Under the pieces are notes generated by a model. The model had not been told where the DNA came from and did no database searches. It worked only from the letters and a program-made list of their open reading frames with translations. A program made the position numbers and the translations under genes. This document shows positions 1 through 9,314 of a stretch of 32,000 nucleotides of DNA, piece after piece. Source of the DNA: an uncultured bacterium (GTDB lineage: Bacteria; Auribacterota; JACPWU01); the NCBI GenBank assembly GCA_964640155.1, contig CAZXEQ010000003.1, positions 224,189 through 256,188 of the forward strand, read 5' to 3'. Within the stretch, counting starts at the first letter, position 1; every line of letters begins with the position of its first letter.

Positions 1-432
1 TATTCCGATGAAGAGTTTCTCACATGGAGTGACGTGATGGAGTTACGGAAAAAAAGTTGGACGATTGGATCGCATAGTGCTAAGCATATGGATATGACAA
101 AATTAGCTATAGAAGATTTAGAGCATCAAGTAACTGAGTCAAAAAAGGTTATTGAATCTAAGCTTGGTGTTCGTTGTAATCATTTCTGCTATCCATGGGG
201 ACTTTATAATGAGAGGACTCAACAGGTTTTGCATAAAGCAGGTTATCACAATGCGGTCTGCACCTATCATGCGCCTTTGTCAAAGCAACATAACCGCTTC
301 GCTTTGCCTAGACTTGATATAAGGAGTGAATACACTCTTAAGGATTTTACTTCTGTTGTTTGTGGGCATTGGGATTTTATTGGATGGGTACATGGATTTA
401 AAGGCAGATATAGTCGTGATTCTTCTTATTAA
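1..432 (+). CDS. Polysaccharide deacetylase (NodB-homology type), 5'-truncated by the window edge
   Basis: Frame 1 is open from nt 1 (YSDEEFLTWSDVMELRKK...), so the ORF-track Met at 34 is internal. It has an HSxxH motif (HSAKH) and a 'CYPWGLYN' segment typical of NodB-type deacetylases. Stop TAA at 430-432. Confidence 0.7.
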   Translation, partial: YSDEEFLTWSDVMELRKKSWTIGSHSAKHMDMTKLAIEDLEHQVTESKKVIESKLGVRCNHFCYPWGLYNERTQQVLHKAGYHNAVCTYHAPLSKQHNRFALPRLDIRSEYTLKDFTSVVCGHWDFIGWVHGFKGRYSRDSSY

Positions 433-1555
433 TGGAATATCTCTTAAGGAAGGCGGAGGTCTTCTCGTTTTTAAACGTCTGGTAGAAGGTTTTTGTGCTT
501 TATTCCCTGATGTTCATATTCACATTGTAGTTAATAGTCGAGTTTCTAATCATAGCGAGTTTAATTTAGATAAAGTGAAACGATGGGTATATCCATTCGC
601 TGAAAAATTTCCTTTTACCGTTCGTCTTTGGTATGAATTTTTGCTGCCCAGACTTGCAAAATGCATCAAGGCAGATATTTTATTTTCCTTAACCAATTAT
701 CTCCCAAGTCGTTTAAAGCTTCCATCTCTTCTCTTAGTTCAGAATGCAGGTCATTTTTCAGATATTTTTCAAAAGGCACAATATGAGGCCTTCCCTGATA
801 TATTAGATCGTCTAGCTTGGAGAACGAAAACATCTTGGGTTTACCAGTCCATTATGAAAGCCTCTATGGTGACAGTTCAAACAAAAAGCCTTTCAAATAG
901 TGTTAGTGAAAAACTCAATTTTTCGGAACAGAGATTGCGTGTTATTCCACATGGATCAGGCACATGTAATCATGTTGAAACGAGTAAATCTTTTCCAAGG
1001 AATGATTTTTGGAGAATAGGATACATTACGATGTATGGTGTACAAAAAAACTTCAATGTTCTTTTTCAGGCTATTGCAGAACTTCGTAGGCAGGGACGAA
1101 AAGTTGTTCTGGTTCTCTCTCTGAATCCAAATTCTAAAAAGAATGCAGAGGTTCTTAATGATGCATGCAAGCTTGGTATTGGGGATTTGATTGAAAATCA
1201 TGGAGATGTTCCTTTTGAAGAGGTGCAACGGATTTATCATTCTCTAGATCTTTTTGTTTATCCTTCTTTTTGTGAATCTTTCGGCTTTTCTATGGTAGAG
1301 GCAATGGCGTGTGCTATTCCTATATTGGTTGCTAATATTCCTGGGAATAGAGAAGTTACGGGGGTAGCAGGTATCCCCTTTTCCCCTTTTAATTATCTTA
1401 ATCTCACAGAGAAAATATGTAAATTAATGGAGGATGAAAAGGCTTATACAGAGGCTTCTAGAGCCAGTCTAAAGAAAGCAGGTGATTTTTCCTGGTCGAC
1501 TGCGGTCAAAGAAACGATGGCTCTCATTCAATGCATGGCAGACGGTACTTGTTAA
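392..1555 (+). CDS. Glycosyltransferase family 4 (GT-B, retaining type)
   Basis: The E-x7-E block 'ESFGFSMVEAMACAIPILVANIPGNREV' and the N-terminal 'IVVILLINGISLKEGGG' are typical of GT4. I moved the start to ATG 392 (MDLKADIVV...). The track start at 326 adds a hydrophobic out-of-context leader and a larger overlap with the deacetylase. The exact start is uncertain. Confidence 0.8.
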   Translation: MDLKADIVVILLINGISLKEGGGLLVFKRLVEGFCALFPDVHIHIVVNSRVSNHSEFNLDKVKRWVYPFAEKFPFTVRLWYEFLLPRLAKCIKADILFSLTNYLPSRLKLPSLLLVQNAGHFSDIFQKAQYEAFPDILDRLAWRTKTSWVYQSIMKASMVTVQTKSLSNSVSEKLNFSEQRLRVIPHGSGTCNHVETSKSFPRNDFWRIGYITMYGVQKNFNVLFQAIAELRRQGRKVVLVLSLNPNSKKNAEVLNDACKLGIGDLIENHGDVPFEEVQRIYHSLDLFVYPSFCESFGFSMVEAMACAIPILVANIPGNREVTGVAGIPFSPFNYLNLTEKICKLMEDEKAYTEASRASLKKAGDFSWSTAVKETMALIQCMADGTC

Positions 1556-1577
1556 TCTAAAAACGAGAGATGGGTTG

Positions 1578-3197
1578 ATGAAAATTTTAGTGGGTCATAA
1601 TTGGCAAGAAGGTTTTTTAGATTACTTTCGTAGCAATTTTGACTATCGTGTCCAAGTTCTAGCATTTAAGAATCTTGAAAAAATAAACGATCTTTATTTT
1701 GTTCGCCCCTATCGTCTTCATTTGATTTGGAACTATTTTCGTGAAGTCGGAATCATGCAACTTTTTCGAAAAGTTTTATCACGCACTCAGGAAAAATGGC
1801 GCAATGAGAAATATATATCTTGTGGAATAGGAAAAATCATTGAATCAGCTGATGAGTCTATTTTTCCCGTAAATCAGTTGGTTGTTTTCATTGCTCCATG
1901 CCATCCAGCTTGTGTAGAAAGAATTGTTCTTTCTGCTGCTTTTATGATGAAGATCAATTTTGAGATGCTACCACAGATTATTGATGAAAAAAGAATCTTA
2001 TATTGTAATTCGTCTGCTGGAGATGCTTTTGGTATTTCTTTTTGGAAAGTATGGGAAGGATGGAGTCCCTATGCTGGAAAATCAATAGAAGCGTTAAAGG
2101 AGTCAGATGGGAAAAAAATCGTAAATTATTTTATCGATAAGAGTAAAAATGATTTTAAACAGCTTTTAATAGATAAAAAAAGAACCGCCGTGTTTGAAGT
2201 AAATTCGTACGTGCGTCATAAACATTTGAATGGAAAAAAAAGAGCAGTTTTATTCGGTTATGGAAATTATGCAAAAACAATGATTTTGCCTCATATAAAA
2301 AATTTTTTATCCGTTGAATATATCCATGAAATAGATCCAACGCAAATTCCCAGAGGGGCCCTAGCTAAGTATCAATGGAATACTGCACCAGAGTTTAATG
2401 CCAATGAAGAATATGATGTATGCTTTATTGCTGGCTTTCACCATATGCATGCTTCACTTGCAATCTCAGCCTTGAAACAAGGTTCTAGTGCTGTGATTGA
2501 GAAACCTATTTTAGTAAATCGTGAGCAATTAGATTCTCTATTAGAGATAATGAAGGGATCAAAGGGACAATTATTTGTTTGTTTTCAAAAACGGTGGTCT
2601 ATTTTTAATGAAATGGCTTTAAATGATTTAAATGTGAAAAAAGGGGAACCTATTTCTTATTACTGTATTGTATACGAAGTCCCATTGCCTAAGCTACATT
2701 GGTATCGGTGGCCCAATTCAAAAAGTCGTATTATATCGAATGGGTGTCACTGGATAGATCACTTTTTATATTTGAATGATTTTTGTGATGTAAAATCTTT
2801 AAGTTTAGCACGAGCAAAGGATGGGACCTTGAATTGTTCTGTTGAATTGGCGAATGGAGCTTTTTTTACAATGGTATTGACCGATGCGGGAAGTGATAGA
2901 ATAGGTGTTCAAGATTATGTTGAATTGAGGGCCAATGGTGTGACCATTAAAATAGTGAATGGTTCGCAATATTTATCTGAGAATAGCACGAAAATTTTGC
3001 GGTCTAAGAAAATTAATAAAATAAAGAGTTATATAGAAATGTATCGGCAGATAGGACTTAAGATCTCAAGAGGTGAAGAGGGAGAATCGATACGATCTGT
3101 CCAGTCGTCAGCAGGTTTAATTTTGGATATGGAAGACATGCTTAAGCAGATAGAGCGAGATGAAACGAATAATCCTATAGCTCTAAATAAGAGTTGA
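1578..3197 (+). CDS. Gfo/Idh/MocA-like NAD(P)-dependent oxidoreductase with a ~210-aa N-terminal region of unknown function
   Basis: ATG 1578 (MKILVGHNW...) removes the 74-nt overlap produced by the track start at 1482. The Rossmann-like 'AVLFGYGNYAKTMILPHI' and the EKP motif 'AVIEKPIL' sit in the C-terminal two thirds. I recognise no motif in the N-terminal third. Confidence 0.6.
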   Translation: MKILVGHNWQEGFLDYFRSNFDYRVQVLAFKNLEKINDLYFVRPYRLHLIWNYFREVGIMQLFRKVLSRTQEKWRNEKYISCGIGKIIESADESIFPVNQLVVFIAPCHPACVERIVLSAAFMMKINFEMLPQIIDEKRILYCNSSAGDAFGISFWKVWEGWSPYAGKSIEALKESDGKKIVNYFIDKSKNDFKQLLIDKKRTAVFEVNSYVRHKHLNGKKRAVLFGYGNYAKTMILPHIKNFLSVEYIHEIDPTQIPRGALAKYQWNTAPEFNANEEYDVCFIAGFHHMHASLAISALKQGSSAVIEKPILVNREQLDSLLEIMKGSKGQLFVCFQKRWSIFNEMALNDLNVKKGEPISYYCIVYEVPLPKLHWYRWPNSKSRIISNGCHWIDHFLYLNDFCDVKSLSLARAKDGTLNCSVELANGAFFTMVLTDAGSDRIGVQDYVELRANGVTIKIVNGSQYLSENSTKILRSKKINKIKSYIEMYRQIGLKISRGEEGESIRSVQSSAGLILDMEDMLKQIERDETNNPIALNKS

Positions 3198-3208
3198 TAT
3201 GAAAGGGG

Positions 3209-5350
3209 TTGAGTAGAAAATTGAAACAGATCTTGCAGAACTTAAAAACAGGTCATACTGAGCTTTCTGATATCCCATGTCAGAAAGCAAAGGCAGGCCA
3301 TCTTCTGATACGTACACATGCAAGTCTAATTTCGGCTGGTACGGAGCGTATGCTCACAGAATTTGGCAAAGCAAACCTTGTTGAGAAGGCTCGTCAACAA
3401 CCAGATAAAGTACATCAAGTATTAAACAAAATTAAAACAGATGGCCTTATTTCAACTGTTAATGCGGTGCGAAGTAAATTGGATGTTTCGTTGGCGATGG
3501 GTTATTGCAATGTAGGTACAGTTATAGAAGTTGGTCCAGATATTTCTGATTTTGTCGTTGGTGATCGTGTTGTTTCCAATGGATCTCATGCCGAAGTCGT
3601 GTGTGTTCCTAAGAATCTTTGCGCTAAAATTCCTTACGGAATCAAAGATGACGAAGCTGTGTTTGCTGTCATAGGTGCAATTGCTCTGCAAGGAATTCGA
3701 CTTGCTCAACCTACCTTGGGTGAAATATTTGTTGTTACAGGTTTAGGTTTAATTGGATTAATGACTGTTCAGCTTTTGCAGGCAAATGGATGTAGAGTGC
3801 TTGGCATTGATTTTGATGAGCATAAGCTTAAATTAGCAAGACAGTTTGGTGCTGAAGTTGTTAATTTGTCAAAAGAGAAAGATCCTGTTGCAACTGCTTT
3901 GAGGCTCTCTTATGGACAGGGTGTAGATGGTGTACTCATTACAGCTTCGACCCATACGAGCGAGCCTGTGCATCAGGCAGCCCTGATGTGTCGTAAGAGA
4001 GGGCGTATTGTTTTAGTGGGTGTCACGGGACTAGACCTTTCGCGAGATGATTTTTATAAAAAAGAACTGAGTTTTCAGGTCTCATGTTCTTACGGACCTG
4101 GGCGATATGATTCTTCTTATGAAGAAAAGGGCCATGATTATCCCTTGGGCTATGTTCGATGGACAGAACAAAGAAACATTGAAGCTGTGCTCGAGATGAT
4201 TTCAAGCAAACGTATTGATGTAAAACCTCTTGTTTCACATCAATTTTCTCTAGAACAGGCACAAGAAGCGTATCAATTACTAAGCGATGATCATTTTGTT
4301 TTGGGTATTTTGCTGCGCTATGCTGATGAAGGAAGTAAATCAACAGATCAGCTTCTTAAAAAAAAGATATTTTTGGAAGATGGGCTGCAGTCTGGAAATT
4401 TAAAATTACCTATTATTGGATTTGTTGGAGCTGGAAATTATGCTGTTCGCGTATTAATTCCGGCCTTTAAGAAAACAGGGGTTAAATTAAAAATGATTGC
4501 TTCTGCCGGGGGAATGAGTAGTTTTTATGCTGCAAGAAAGTTTGGTTTTAATGAAGCAACCACAGACACAGAGAATCTTTTGAATGATTCTCAAATTAAC
4601 ACAGCTGTAATTGTTACAAGGCATGATACGCATTCAAAACTGATCATTCAGTCTTTAAGGTCGGGTAAACACGTGTTTGTGGAAAAACCTTTGGCCATAC
4701 ATCGTCAAGAATTAGAAGAGATTCAAGCAGTTTATACATCTCTTCAGCCACATCCTCTGCTAATGGTTGGTTTTAACCGGCGTTTTGCTCCCCAAGTTCA
4801 AAAAATAAAATCATTAATAGAGAACCTTAAAGAACCCAAAGTACTCATTATGACTGTTAATGCAGGTCCTATTGAATCTGATCATTGGGTGCAAGATCGT
4901 CAAATAGGGGGAGGGCGGATCATTGGTGAAGGATGCCATTTTATTGATCTGCTAAGATTTCTTGTAGACTCGCCGATTGTGTCGGTTCAAATGACAGCCC
5001 TTGGTAGGTTGCGTGAAAGTGATAAAATTAGTTTTTCTTTGCGATTTGAAGATGGCTCTATTGGGACTGTTCATTATTTAGCCAATGGTCATAAATCTTT
5101 TCCAAAAGAGCGTCTAGAAATTTTTTGTTCAGGCCGCATTTTGCAGCTCGACAACTTTCGAAAATTAAGAGGATATGGTTGGTTTGGATTTAAGAAGATG
5201 AATCTATGGTGTCAAGATAAAGGCAATGATGCTTGCGTGCAATCTTTTGTGAATTCCATCATACAAGGCAAGCCATCGCCAATTCCTTTTGAGCAATTGA
5301 TTGAAGTGGCGCGTGCGAGTTTTGATGTAGCAGAAGCTCTCCAGGACTAA
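3209..5350 (+). CDS. Bi-domain oxidoreductase: N-terminal MDR/zinc-ADH-like domain fused to a C-terminal Gfo/Idh/MocA domain
   Basis: First half has 'GYCNVGTV' and the Rossmann 'VTGLGLIGLMTVQ'. Second half has the Rossmann 'IGFVGAGNYAVRVLIPAF' and the EKP motif 'VFVEKPLA'. The start is non-ATG: TTG 3209, or TTG 3221 (MKQILQNLKTG) downstream of AAAGGGG at 3202-3208. Confidence 0.8.
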   Translation: MSRKLKQILQNLKTGHTELSDIPCQKAKAGHLLIRTHASLISAGTERMLTEFGKANLVEKARQQPDKVHQVLNKIKTDGLISTVNAVRSKLDVSLAMGYCNVGTVIEVGPDISDFVVGDRVVSNGSHAEVVCVPKNLCAKIPYGIKDDEAVFAVIGAIALQGIRLAQPTLGEIFVVTGLGLIGLMTVQLLQANGCRVLGIDFDEHKLKLARQFGAEVVNLSKEKDPVATALRLSYGQGVDGVLITASTHTSEPVHQAALMCRKRGRIVLVGVTGLDLSRDDFYKKELSFQVSCSYGPGRYDSSYEEKGHDYPLGYVRWTEQRNIEAVLEMISSKRIDVKPLVSHQFSLEQAQEAYQLLSDDHFVLGILLRYADEGSKSTDQLLKKKIFLEDGLQSGNLKLPIIGFVGAGNYAVRVLIPAFKKTGVKLKMIASAGGMSSFYAARKFGFNEATTDTENLLNDSQINTAVIVTRHDTHSKLIIQSLRSGKHVFVEKPLAIHRQELEEIQAVYTSLQPHPLLMVGFNRRFAPQVQKIKSLIENLKEPKVLIMTVNAGPIESDHWVQDRQIGGGRIIGEGCHFIDLLRFLVDSPIVSVQMTALGRLRESDKISFSLRFEDGSIGTVHYLANGHKSFPKERLEIFCSGRILQLDNFRKLRGYGWFGFKKMNLWCQDKGNDACVQSFVNSIIQGKPSPIPFEQLIEVARASFDVAEALQD

Positions 5351-5351
5351 A

Positions 5352-7010
5352 GTGGGTAAAATCTCAAATTATTTTTATACTCTTCGGTATCTGAAACCCA
5401 TACAAATTTATAGCAGAATCTGCTTTGGTTTCGTGAGACTTACTCCTGATTTTCGTCCCAGTCCACCGTTGAGAGCGTCAAAGGGGATTTGGTGTGATCC
5501 TGCGAGAAGAAAATCTAGTTTATTAGGTGCACATCGTTTTCGCTTTCTAAACGAGGAACACGAAATAGATTCTTCATTCTCATGGAATAATCCTGTTTAT
5601 GGAAAGCTTTGGCTTTATAATCTTCATTATTTTGATGATTTAAATGCTTATGATTTTGAAATTCGACGAGATTGGCATAAGACTCTTCTTCAGCGCTGGG
5701 TCAAAGAAAATCCATCACCTGATGGGAATGGTTGGGAACCCTATCCTATCTCTTTGCGAATTGTAAATTGGATTAAATGGGCCTTGGCTGGAAATGCCTT
5801 ATCACAAGAACTGCTTGATAGTCTTGCAGTTCAGACACGTTTCCTAAAGAGTCGGTTAGAAATCCATTTGCTTGGAAATCATTTGTTAGCCAATGCAAAA
5901 GCTTTGGTATTTGCAGGTCTTTTTTTTCAAGGATCTGAAGCTGAAGCATGGTTGAATAAAGGGCTAAAAATTTTGTTTCAACAATTGCCTGAGCAAATCT
6001 TAGCTGATGGAGGACATTTTGAACAAAGTCCCATGTATCACTGCATTATTTTGGAGGATATTTTGGATTTGATCAACTTATCCAATGTTTATAGGAATAA
6101 CTTTCCTCCTCAATGGTCATTTCTAAGAGAAAGCTGGTCTGATGATATTCAACGTATGCGTCATTGGCTAAAAGTGATGACTCATCCTGATGGAAATATT
6201 GCTTTATTCAATGATTCTGCATTGGGGATTTCATGTGATCCAAATGAGCTAGATAGTTATGCTCAAAGATTAGGCTTTGGTAAAATTGAGAACCTTCAAG
6301 ATGGAATAACTTCTCTACGTCAAAGTGGATATATTCGTATTCAATGCGAAGATGCGATTCTCATATTAGATGTGGGACAGATTGGTCCTGATTATCTTCC
6401 GGCGCATGCTCATGCAGATACTCTGTCTTTTGAACTTTCATTATATGGGCATCGCTTCATTGTTGATTCAGGCACTTCATGCTATACACCAGGTATTCAT
6501 AGGCAATACGAGAGATCTACAGCTGCACATAATACAGTTCAGATCAATGGAAAGGACTCGTCAGAGGTTTGGAGTAGTTTTCGCGTTGCACGCCGTGCAA
6601 AGCCTCGAGATTTGATGATCGAAGAAGGTATTAATACTTTCAGAGTTATATGCGCGCATAATGGATATCAGAGATTACCCGGTCAGCCTATACACTATCG
6701 CGAGTGGTTTCTTAAAAAAAATGAATTGATTGTAAAAGATGTTATAAGAGGTCCGTTTCAAGAAGCCGAGAGCAGATTTCATTTTTATCCAAGAGTTTCG
6801 ATGGAAAAATTAAAATCAACTCAGGAAGGAAGCGCTTTATTAGCCTCAGGAGAAAAGATAGAATGGAAAATTAAAAGTGGGATATCTGATTTTGAAAAAT
6901 CTACTTACCATCCTGAATTTGGATTAAGCCAGAAAAATAACTGTTTGAAGATTAAATTTCAGAGTCATGAATCACAAATTAATTTTGCTTGGAAATCTGT
7001 TGCTCAGTAG
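5352..7010 (+). CDS. Heparinase II/III-like (alginate-lyase fold) protein with no signal peptide
   Basis: The 'LPAHAHADTLSFELSLYGHRFIVDSGT' block is typical of the heparinase II/III C-terminal domain. The N-terminus 'MGKISNYFYTLRYLKPIQIYSR' is hydrophilic. GTG start at 5352 has AGGA at 5343-5346. Confidence 0.75.
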   Translation: MGKISNYFYTLRYLKPIQIYSRICFGFVRLTPDFRPSPPLRASKGIWCDPARRKSSLLGAHRFRFLNEEHEIDSSFSWNNPVYGKLWLYNLHYFDDLNAYDFEIRRDWHKTLLQRWVKENPSPDGNGWEPYPISLRIVNWIKWALAGNALSQELLDSLAVQTRFLKSRLEIHLLGNHLLANAKALVFAGLFFQGSEAEAWLNKGLKILFQQLPEQILADGGHFEQSPMYHCIILEDILDLINLSNVYRNNFPPQWSFLRESWSDDIQRMRHWLKVMTHPDGNIALFNDSALGISCDPNELDSYAQRLGFGKIENLQDGITSLRQSGYIRIQCEDAILILDVGQIGPDYLPAHAHADTLSFELSLYGHRFIVDSGTSCYTPGIHRQYERSTAAHNTVQINGKDSSEVWSSFRVARRAKPRDLMIEEGINTFRVICAHNGYQRLPGQPIHYREWFLKKNELIVKDVIRGPFQEAESRFHFYPRVSMEKLKSTQEGSALLASGEKIEWKIKSGISDFEKSTYHPEFGLSQKNNCLKIKFQSHESQINFAWKSVAQ

Positions 7011-7019
7011 GAAAATATT

Positions 7020-8327
7020 ATGAAAATACTGATTCTTTCATTCTATTATGAGCCGGATTTGTGTGCTTGCACATTCAGAGTAGTTCCTTTTGTTAAGGCC
7101 TTGAAGAAACAGATAACTTCTGAGGATTTAATCGAAGTAGTTACAACTTCACCTAATCGATATAACTCATTCAAAATAGAAACTCCTGAAATTGAGAAAA
7201 TAGATAATGTTTTAGTAAAGCGTATCAAGATTCCTACTCACCAGAGTGGTTTTTTTGATCAAGCAAGATCATTTCTGGTTTATTTCATTAAGACATTAAA
7301 ATTTGTGAGATCTAGAGAATATGATGTAATATTTTCTACATCGAGCCGATTGTTTACGGCTTTTCTCGGGGCTTTTCTCTCAAGACGCAAAGGGGTTTTG
7401 CTCTATCTAGATATTCGTGATATTTTTGTTGATACCCTGGGATCCGTTCTTAAAAAATCGAAACTGAAATGTTTTATTCCTGTCTTTCATTTGATAGAAA
7501 AATACACAATAAGTAGCACAAATAAAATTAATCTTGTATCAAGAGGTTTTAGTGATTATTTTCAAAAAAAATATCCAAAAAATTATTCATTTTTTACGAA
7601 TGGCATTGATGATGACTTCATCCAATATAACAATCATCAAAAGCGCTTCCTCCCTCATGGTAAAATTATATTTACCTATACAGGCAATATCGGTGATGGG
7701 CAGGGCCTGGAAAAGATTGTTCCCGAAATTGTTGAGAAATATCAAAATATTGAATTTTATATTATAGGTAGTGGTGGTCGCGAAAGCATTTTAAAAGAAC
7801 GCACATCTCATCTTAAAAATATAAAGATATTATCTCCTATAAACAGAAAAGAATTAATAGCTTTTTATAAGCAAAGCGATGTTCTTTTTCTTCAATTGAA
7901 TAATTACGAAGCTTTTAAAAAAGTGCTTCCTTCAAAAATATTTGAATATGCGGCGATGTGCAAACCTATTATTGCAGGGGTAGATGGGTATGCAAAAGAA
8001 TTTTTAGAGGAGCATCTGCCTGATAGTATGATTTTTCACCCCTGTGATATTGAGGATTTTTCAAGAAAATATAAAAAATTTAATGGTTTTGTAGATTTTG
8101 AAATAAGGAAAAAGTTTATATCAAAATTTTCTCGTCAGAATATTATGAATGATATGGCTAAAGATTTAATAGAATTTGTCAAGGGACGATCCAAAGAATC
8201 GACCTTCATTCGTGCGCTGAAGCCAAAGGTGAATACTGAGGGAAATGATACTCCTGACTCCAAAGAGGTTATAGCTCCAGGCGTTACGTTGGTATCTTGT
8301 ACTTCTGGCAAAGAAATAGGGCGGTAA
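7020..8327 (+). CDS. Glycosyltransferase family 4, WbuB-like
   Basis: The N-terminus 'MKILILSFYYEPDLCA' is characteristic of WbuB-type GT4 enzymes. A C-terminal GT-B half is present ('KIFEYAAMCKPIIAG'). AGGA lies 7 nt upstream of the ATG. The last ~40 aa form a non-conserved-looking tail. Confidence 0.75.
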   Translation: MKILILSFYYEPDLCACTFRVVPFVKALKKQITSEDLIEVVTTSPNRYNSFKIETPEIEKIDNVLVKRIKIPTHQSGFFDQARSFLVYFIKTLKFVRSREYDVIFSTSSRLFTAFLGAFLSRRKGVLLYLDIRDIFVDTLGSVLKKSKLKCFIPVFHLIEKYTISSTNKINLVSRGFSDYFQKKYPKNYSFFTNGIDDDFIQYNNHQKRFLPHGKIIFTYTGNIGDGQGLEKIVPEIVEKYQNIEFYIIGSGGRESILKERTSHLKNIKILSPINRKELIAFYKQSDVLFLQLNNYEAFKKVLPSKIFEYAAMCKPIIAGVDGYAKEFLEEHLPDSMIFHPCDIEDFSRKYKKFNGFVDFEIRKKFISKFSRQNIMNDMAKDLIEFVKGRSKESTFIRALKPKVNTEGNDTPDSKEVIAPGVTLVSCTSGKEIGR

Positions 8328-8337
8328 AAATAAATAA

Positions 8338-9306
8338 ATGAGATTGCTAATTACAGGCGCTAACGGTTTTATAGGAAGTGCATTATGCTCCAAATTGTTT
8401 GATGTGGGACATTTTGTTAGATCGGCAGTTCGTTCTAAAAAAAAAATAACCAATCTTAAAGCTGTTGAATCTGTTGAAGTAGGTGAAGTCAGTTTAACTA
8501 CGGACTGGTCTCAAGCATTAGAAGGTGTTGAAGTTATTATTCATCTTGTTTCCAGCGCAGATAGATTTTATGATAAAACTCGAGATTCCTTGTCAAAGTT
8601 TCGATCAGTAAATGTAGAAGGAACAAAGTGCTTAGCTAATGCCGCAGTTCAAGCTGGGATTAAAAGGTTTATTTATATTAGTTCTATCAAAGTAAATGGT
8701 GAAGAAACAGGGTCTCCTTATACTGAAAATTCCTTTTGTGCTCCTCAGGATTCCTATGGTTTGAGTAAATGGGAAGCTGAACAAGAGCTTAAGATGATTT
8801 CGGCTGGAACCGGAATGGAAATTGTGATACTGAGACCTCCCATGGTTTATGGAACTCCTGCTAAATCTAATTTCTTACGGTTGGTTTCATTGATAAAAAG
8901 TGGTGTGCCTCTACCGTTTGCTTGCATCAACAACAGAAGAAGCATGATATATCTTGGTAACCTCATTGATGCAATTGGGCTCTGCGTTAAAAAAAAAGAA
9001 GCGGCCAATCAAACCTTTTTAGTGAGTGATGGAGAAGATGTTTCCACACCCCAGCTTATCAGATTGATAGCAATGAAGATGAACATTAAACCCAGAGTAA
9101 TTCCTTTTCCACCAATACTCTTAAAGACTGCCGGAAAATTTTTTGGAAAATATGCTGAAGTACATCGGTTGATTAGTTCGCTTCAAATTGACAGCAGCAA
9201 AATTAGAAGTATGCTTAGATGGAAGCCACCTTTTTCTTTAGAAGAAGGAATAAAGGAGTCTGTACATAATTTTGTTGATATGAAACATAAGGAAAAGGAT
9301 CATTAA
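8338..9306 (+). CDS. NAD-dependent sugar-nucleotide epimerase/reductase (extended SDR)
   Basis: Has 'MRLLITGANGFIGSAL' (GxxGxxG) and the catalytic 'YGLSKWEAE' (YxxxK). It sits immediately upstream of the CapD-like dehydratase, as in WbpK/WbpV-type 4-reductase arrangements. Confidence 0.8.
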   Translation: MRLLITGANGFIGSALCSKLFDVGHFVRSAVRSKKKITNLKAVESVEVGEVSLTTDWSQALEGVEVIIHLVSSADRFYDKTRDSLSKFRSVNVEGTKCLANAAVQAGIKRFIYISSIKVNGEETGSPYTENSFCAPQDSYGLSKWEAEQELKMISAGTGMEIVILRPPMVYGTPAKSNFLRLVSLIKSGVPLPFACINNRRSMIYLGNLIDAIGLCVKKKEAANQTFLVSDGEDVSTPQLIRLIAMKMNIKPRVIPFPPILLKTAGKFFGKYAEVHRLISSLQIDSSKIRSMLRWKPPFSLEEGIKESVHNFVDMKHKEKDH

Positions 9307-9314
9307 GGAAACTA

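Noticed and set aside
326-391. Upstream extensions offered by the ORF track: 326 for the GT4, 1482 for the oxidoreductase and TTG 23066 for ilvB.
   Set aside because: The extensions add non-homologous leaders and large overlaps with upstream genes. Internal ATGs (392, 1578, 23051) fit family N-termini and/or SD spacing better. The calls remain uncertain.
8437-8446. A10 homopolymer tracts inside coding regions (8437-8446 in the SDR gene, 10969-10978 in the PGT gene, A9 at 18752-18760 in wecB) as phase-variation sites.
   Set aside because: They encode Lys runs. Such tracts are common in AT-rich genomes, and there is no evidence of frameshifted or alternative frames around them.
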